Assembly: GCA_002257025.1 (NCBI GenBank)
Contig: NCHA01000014.1
Location: 4,669 to 68,668 of the forward strand
DNA: 64,000 bases
Direction: 5' to 3'
From: Sphingobacteriales bacterium 16-39-50
GTDB lineage: Bacteria > Bacteroidota > Bacteroidia > Sphingobacteriales > Sphingobacteriaceae
Shown piece by piece: positions 59,444 to 64,000 of this stretch. The notes beneath the pieces are model-generated. The model saw nothing but the letters and a program-made list of their open reading frames with translations, searched no databases and had not been told where the DNA came from. Position 1 is the first letter of the stretch. Every line of letters starts with the position of its first letter. The position numbers were made by a program, and so were the translations under genes.

Positions 59444-59630
59444 GAGCTGTCTGATTCTCTTGACTCATGTAATTATCTGTTCGTGCCAAACTCTAAACTG
59501 ACTTTATTGAAATTATAATATTTTCAAGTCTTTCAGTCTAATCTGCCTTTAGTTAAGCATGGCAATGTGAGGTTTATTCAATGTAATACGGCACATTTCC
59601 GACAGTTAAATATCATTAATGCCTTAAAAC

Positions 59631-59664
59631 AAAAAACCCCCAGATTTCTCTGAGGGTTTCTTTT
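59631..59664. terminator. Intrinsic terminator behind the tRNA-Phe 3' remnant
   Basis: A6-CCCCCAGATTTCTCTGAGGGTTTCTTTT hairpin. Confidence 0.65.
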
Positions 59665-59692
59665 GACCTCCTTCGCTAAAGCTACGGTCGCT

Positions 59693-59728
59693 GTGGTACT
59701 AGATCCCGATAGCTATCGTGACGAACCA
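59693..59728 (-). pseudogene. Short tRNA-Phe 3'-end remnant carrying a palindromic insertion
   Basis: GTGGTACT-AG-ATCCCGATAGCTATCGTGAC-GAACCA versus GTGGTACC-AGCTGGAATC-GAACCA in the intact tRNA. Confidence 0.55.
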
Positions 59729-59760
59729 TGCATAATTACATTAACAACAGGTATAAAATC

Positions 59761-59791
59761 AAAAAAGCCTCAGATTTCTCTGAGGCTTTTT
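59761..59791. terminator. Intrinsic terminator of tRNA-Phe
   Basis: A6-GCCTCAGA-TTTC-TCTGAGGC-T5. Confidence 0.85.
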
Positions 59792-59866
59792 GGTGGTACC
59801 AGCTGGAATCGAACCAGCGACACAAGGATTTTCAGTCCTTTGCTCTACCAACTGAGCTATGGTACC
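59791..59866 (-). tRNA. tRNA-Phe(GAA), CCA encoded
   Basis: GGTACCATAGCTCAGTTGGTAGAGC-AAGGA-CTGAAAA-TCCTT...GGTTCGATTCC...GGTACCACCA; TACATTTG promoter element at 59894-59901. Confidence 0.96.
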
Positions 59867-60070
59867 AGACCATACCCGTTTTGTTCGGGACTGCAAATGT
59901 AGTGTCTTTTTTGGTTTAAGAAAATAATATTTGAAAATTTCTGATATGATTTAAGTCCAATATTTAATAATCGTTTTCATGAACAGAGGTAGCAAGATTG
60001 CAATTATCTGAACACCAGCGTTAAACATTGAGTTGAATTTAACTTTGAGGAGTTCTATCAAAACTGAATT

Positions 60071-61090
60071 TTAGTCAAAATATTGAAGTGCGCTTTCAGT
60101 TAAATCCTTTTTAAGTGCAAGTACACTATCTATATTGTCAAGCTCAAACTCCTTTGCCCCAATTAACATTTTCCTCTTTTTACCATTAAAAATCAGAGTG
60201 CAAACATTCTTCCTAATATTACTGTCTACAACGATTATAAAACTGTTCTTTTGATCTTTATAAGAAAGTCTGTCAGAGTGTATCTTTTTATGATGAAGTA
60301 AAATGGTTTTGATAATGTGATAATATTTAAGCTCATCTTCTGTAGTTACAATTCCATTATTCCCACCCTTCCTTGTTTCTTCAATTGTTAACTTATCTAA
60401 TGCTGACTTTAAAGAAAATGAATTAATTAAATCTTTGATTTTAGTTTTTACACTATCATTTGCCCGAATAATTCCCATCCTTGAAGAAATTGCTTTAATT
60501 AAATCATCTGAAGGAGCCATTAATTCCTTAAATAGCGCTTCATCAAATTTGCTTAAAAAATGAGTCTCGTTGGCTTCGTCAATTAATTCCTTTATTTCAA
60601 TTGCACTTCTATGAAACTTAGATAACATTTCATAGTCAGAATCATCATAATTATTTAAGTTGAAAATATAAAAGGGGCTTTTATTAAGAATAGAATCCTT
60701 CTTTTCGGAAGCATAGAATCTATATTCAATTCCGTTCGTAAGAATTCCAACCTTGGCGGAAGATGTATTAACAAAATAATTATTTAATTGTCCAGCATCT
60801 TTATCATTCAGCTTTTTCCCAAATCTCTTACATTCAACTACCATAACTGGCTGTTTTGAATTAATACATATTGCGTAATCAACACGATTGATATCCCTAT
60901 CGCCAAAATCAGCTGAATGCTCAGTGACTAAATCCTTCAATCTGTTATAACCCAGTATTTCCAAAAATGGCTCAATTAAATAACTCCGGGTCTGAGCTTC
61001 ATTTGAACACTTTTGTTCTCCAATAGTTAGCGCTTCAAATTTGCTTAATTCCTTCTTGATATAAGAGACGAGTTGTTTTTTGTTAACCAT
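60071..61090 (-). CDS. Stand-alone type I restriction enzyme HsdR N-terminal (PD-(D/E)xK nuclease) domain protein
   Basis: NEAQTRSYLIEPFLEILGY, RVDYAI, VVECK, QLNNYF, GILTNGIEYRFY; no helicase part; visibly AT-rich. Confidence 0.82.
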   Translation of the reverse strand: MVNKKQLVSYIKKELSKFEALTIGEQKCSNEAQTRSYLIEPFLEILGYNRLKDLVTEHSADFGDRDINRVDYAICINSKQPVMVVECKRFGKKLNDKDAGQLNNYFVNTSSAKVGILTNGIEYRFYASEKKDSILNKSPFYIFNLNNYDDSDYEMLSKFHRSAIEIKELIDEANETHFLSKFDEALFKELMAPSDDLIKAISSRMGIIRANDSVKTKIKDLINSFSLKSALDKLTIEETRKGGNNGIVTTEDELKYYHIIKTILLHHKKIHSDRLSYKDQKNSFIIVVDSNIRKNVCTLIFNGKKRKMLIGAKEFELDNIDSVLALKKDLTESALQYFD

Positions 61091-61161
61091 ATTGAAATAG
61101 GTTTAATTGTAGCTTAATTAAATATAGTAATTTAAATTAAGTAAGGACTTCAATTTCAAGA

Positions 61162-61241
61162 TGGTACCAACTGGTCCCGATAGCTATCGCAACAAACCAG
61201 CGACACAAGGATTTTCTTCCTTTACTCTGTCGAAGAGCTAT
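61162..61241 (-). pseudogene. Decayed tRNA-Phe copy lacking the 5' acceptor strand, with palindromic insertion in the T-arm
   Basis: TGGTACCAACTG-[GTCCCGATAGCTATCGCAAC]-AAACCAGCGACACAAGGATTTTCTTCCTTTACTCT...GAGCTAT aligns with 59794-59860. Confidence 0.75.
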
Positions 61242-61669
61242 TATTCAAGCCCCTCCTCGAACATATCGATGATCACTTTTATTAATTTGTCAGGCTTGTC
61301 TTCCATTTCAAATAAAAGAAATAATTGTCCATCGATACCCTGAATAGTAAGTACTACATTTTTAAGCTCCCCATCTTTGGTATTTAGTGTTGCTTCAATC
61401 AGTGTTTTACCATCTCTGAACGGAATATCCCAGTTACATTCGATTGATTTTATATTACATTCTGTTTTAGATTCATCCCTGACGTTAATTGTAATCAACA
61501 ATTGGTTGATCTCAACCACCGATTTTTCAACTTCTGTGTGGGTTATATTCCCATTCCTATCCATGTGAATGGTCTTTGAAGAAGCCAGGCGTATATTTTT
61601 GCCGCATTGTGCATAGCCTTCATCAACTGCTGAAAACAGGAAATGGATGATTAAGATTAATAATTTCAT
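61241..61669 (-). CDS. Hypothetical secreted protein
   Basis: 142-aa ORF with signal-peptide-like N-terminus; no family recognised. Confidence 0.6.
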   Translation of the reverse strand: MKLLILIIHFLFSAVDEGYAQCGKNIRLASSKTIHMDRNGNITHTEVEKSVVEINQLLITINVRDESKTECNIKSIECNWDIPFRDGKTLIEATLNTKDGELKNVVLTIQGIDGQLFLLFEMEDKPDKLIKVIIDMFEEGLE

Positions 61670-61982
61670 AATTCATTGAGTTTAATTGTGATTAAGTTTA
61701 GAGTCTAAATTTGCCAGCTGTTCTACCAGGAGATATCTGCATATCTGCTGTAGTTGAAGATTTTTTCATTGTTTTTATTTGAATATTGCACTATTGCGAT
61801 TCAACTGAGAACAATGTTAGCCGCTTCTTGTTTTATCTTATATTAAATGTGACGGAATGATATAAAAATGTGATAGGTTGGCTCCTGTACAAGTTCAGGA
61901 GTCTCTGGCGTCCCTGTTTTTTTAATTTTTGAAGCTTTGTGATCTTTTAATATTTTCACAATAAATTTGTTTAGCATTACAA

Positions 61983-62795
61983 ATGAATATCAGCTGGTTA
62001 CTCGACTATAACCCCATATTTTTAGCCTTTATGGCCACGCTTTTTACCTGGGGAGTTACTGCCCTGGGAGCATCATTAGTCTTTTTCTTCAAAACAATAA
62101 ACAGGAGAGTGTTGAACTTAATGCTGGGCTTTGCTGCTGGTGTTATGATTGCGGCCAGTTACTGGTCGCTCCTGGCTCCTGCAATAGAAATGGAGAAGGA
62201 TTCAGAATATCCCTGGCTGCCTGCTGTTACCGGCTTTTTAGCAGGTGGTGCATTTATCCTCCTGATCGATAAAATATTGCCGCACTTGCATTCCAGATTG
62301 TCCATTGATAAATCAGAAGGAATTAAAACCTCCTGGGACAGGAGTATTTTATTAGTGCTGGCAATTACACTACATAATATCCCCGAGGGACTAGCCATAG
62401 GAGTAGCTTTTGGAGCCTTAACCAATAACCCGGACTTGGGTGTACTGTCGGGCGCTGTGGTTCTGGCTATTGGAATTGGCTTGCAAAACTTTCCGGAAGG
62501 CACTGCTGTTTCGGTTCCGTTACGGCGGGAAGGTTTGTCGAGAAGAAAAGCATTTTTCTACGGACAATCATCAGGAATGGTAGAACCACTGGCAGGTGTA
62601 CTCGGAGCTTATCTGGTAGTTACAATCAGTCCATTACTTCCTTACGCCTTATCATTTGCAGCCGGTGCGATGATATTTGTGGTTGTAGAGGAATTGATAC
62701 CTGAGTCCCAATCAGGTCATGAGACTGATCTTTCAACCATTGGAGTTATGATTGGATTTGCATTAATGATGATGCTGGATGTAGCTTTGGGATAG
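61983..62795 (+). CDS. zupT: ZIP-family divalent metal transporter (GufA/ZupT-like)
   Basis: [46 protein letters not shown]. Confidence 0.85.
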   Translation: MNISWLLDYNPIFLAFMATLFTWGVTALGASLVFFFKTINRRVLNLMLGFAAGVMIAASYWSLLAPAIEMEKDSEYPWLPAVTGFLAGGAFILLIDKILPHLHSRLSIDKSEGIKTSWDRSILLVLAITLHNIPEGLAIGVAFGALTNNPDLGVLSGAVVLAIGIGLQNFPEGTAVSVPLRREGLSRRKAFFYGQSSGMVEPLAGVLGAYLVVTISPLLPYALSFAAGAMIFVVVEELIPESQSGHETDLSTIGVMIGFALMMMLDVALG

Positions 62796-62893
62796 ATTTC
62801 CTTATTTATCCTTTAGATTTTCAGATTTTAACCTAACTAAAGCGCAAAGTGCTACAGACTGCATAAAATCATACTTTTTATATGACATATTTC

Positions 62894-62917
62894 GCGTCTT
62901 TGCGTCTTTGCGAGAGC
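62894..62917. repeat. CGCAAAGACGC-type repeat arm
   Basis: GCGTCTTTGCGTCTTTGCGAGAGC is the reverse complement (1 mismatch) of the 35840-35863 arm. Confidence 0.65.
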
Positions 62918-62921
62918 TTTT

Positions 62922-63905
62922 TTACATCTTCAAAAGCTCTTCCCAATACTTCTCATCCACCGGAATACCATGCTTTTCATTAAATCGCCGTGTTGCCAGG
63001 GTATTTTCTCCGGGATAGCTGATCCGTCCGCCGGGTTCTGCCGGAGCGCTTGATTTTGTATACCGAATGACTTCTTCAATTAGCATTTGATTGTAATCAC
63101 TCTTGTACAAACAGAGAAAAAACTGGGATACCCCTGATTCCTTAACCGTAGAATTAATTGCCGCTGTGGACTTCCCCCCGCCGATTGCAGTAAGTAAAAC
63201 ATCCAGAATAAAAGCCAACCCTGATCCTTTCCAATAACCAATTGGCAAAGCTCTTCTGGATTTGATTATTGCCAATGGATCATTAGTTAAATTCCCTTCT
63301 TCATCATAACCACCGTAAACCTGCAGTTCCTCATTTTTTAAACTGCTTTGCTGCAATTTACCATAGGAGAATTGAGACATTGCCATATCAAGCACAATAT
63401 GTCCCTCAGCACGAGGAACGGCAATAATCAACGGATTGTTCCCCAAACGGGGCTCTTTTCCTCCCCAGGGTGGCATATTTGCCATTGTATTCGTAAAACA
63501 AATGCCGATACATCCCGCATCAGCAGCCTGCCAGCCATAAGTCCCTCCCCGCATCCAATGATTCGTGTTCCGCATTACAAGACAGCCGATCCCATTGCTT
63601 TTAGCCAGTTCAATTGCCCTGTCCATCGCTTTGCTTGCATTGTACATACCTGCACCCGAATTGCCATCCCAGATCTCAATCAAACCATGGGACTCAGCAA
63701 AGCCAGGCTCCGCGTGAACATCAACTGCCCCTTCTTTTACTGTACTCACAAACGCAGAAAATCGGTTTAAACCATGGGAATATACTCCATCCCTGCTATT
63801 TCCAGCAAAGATATCCGCACATAATTCGGCCTTCCCCTCAGTAAATGACAGGCTGAGTAAGACTCGTTTGAACTCCTTTTTCAGATCTGCAAATGGAACT
63901 TTCAT
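62922..63905 (-). CDS. yiaK: 3-dehydro-L-gulonate 2-dehydrogenase (Ldh_2 family)
   Basis: GVYSHGLNRF, RNTNHWMRGGTYGWQAA, NPLIIAVP, GYWKGSGL. Confidence 0.88.
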   Translation of the reverse strand: MKVPFADLKKEFKRVLLSLSFTEGKAELCADIFAGNSRDGVYSHGLNRFSAFVSTVKEGAVDVHAEPGFAESHGLIEIWDGNSGAGMYNASKAMDRAIELAKSNGIGCLVMRNTNHWMRGGTYGWQAADAGCIGICFTNTMANMPPWGGKEPRLGNNPLIIAVPRAEGHIVLDMAMSQFSYGKLQQSSLKNEELQVYGGYDEEGNLTNDPLAIIKSRRALPIGYWKGSGLAFILDVLLTAIGGGKSTAAINSTVKESGVSQFFLCLYKSDYNQMLIEEVIRYTKSSAPAEPGGRISYPGENTLATRRFNEKHGIPVDEKYWEELLKM

Positions 63906-64000
63906 AATTTCTTTATTTGAACCACTGTTCCCTCAAATTTGCAGGTTTTTTGTGAATAATTGGTGGTTTGTTGGTCGGCAATACTTGCAATTCCTGTTCC

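Noticed and set aside
60071-61090. Complete type I restriction-modification system
   Set aside because: Only the HsdR N-terminal nuclease domain is present; no helicase motifs, hsdM or hsdS.
896-63844. Short antisense or out-of-frame ORFs in the ORF track overlapping long genes
   Set aside because: Shadow ORFs of well-supported genes with no independent motifs.

Overview
Chromosomal 64 kb window from a Bacteroidota genome, probably Sphingobacteriaceae-like (inferred from TAnnTTTG promoters, T9SS cargo and gene content). It opens with housekeeping genes (mreD-mrdA-rodA, tdk), a di-haem cytochrome c peroxidase, a T9SS S8 protease, an orphan receiver protein and a 2613-aa type-B T9SS repeat adhesin. 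Next come uncharacterised exported proteins and a ~11 kb copper module: HYC_CC_PP protein, HMBD lipoprotein, a CusA-type RND pump split into two genes, TolC, two MFPs, an HMA-AraC regulator, CopA and CopZ. The rest holds a run of small stress/resistance genes with a marR-arr operon beside tRNA-Val(GAC), a korC-korA-korB-like operon, two sulfatases, an amidase-patatin pair, and a TonB receptor-PepSY iron module between two copies of a large palindromic repeat. It ends with a tRNA-Phe(GAA) locus with two decayed copies and a stand-alone HsdR_N nuclease gene, then zupT and yiaK. The best candidate for an undescribed system is the copper module: both of its promoters carry the same 21-bp-spaced direct repeat at the same distance from the -7 element, which points to an operator for the HMA-AraC protein. 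No CRISPR array, integrase, transposase or prophage was seen. All assignments come from motif recognition by eye; no searches were run.
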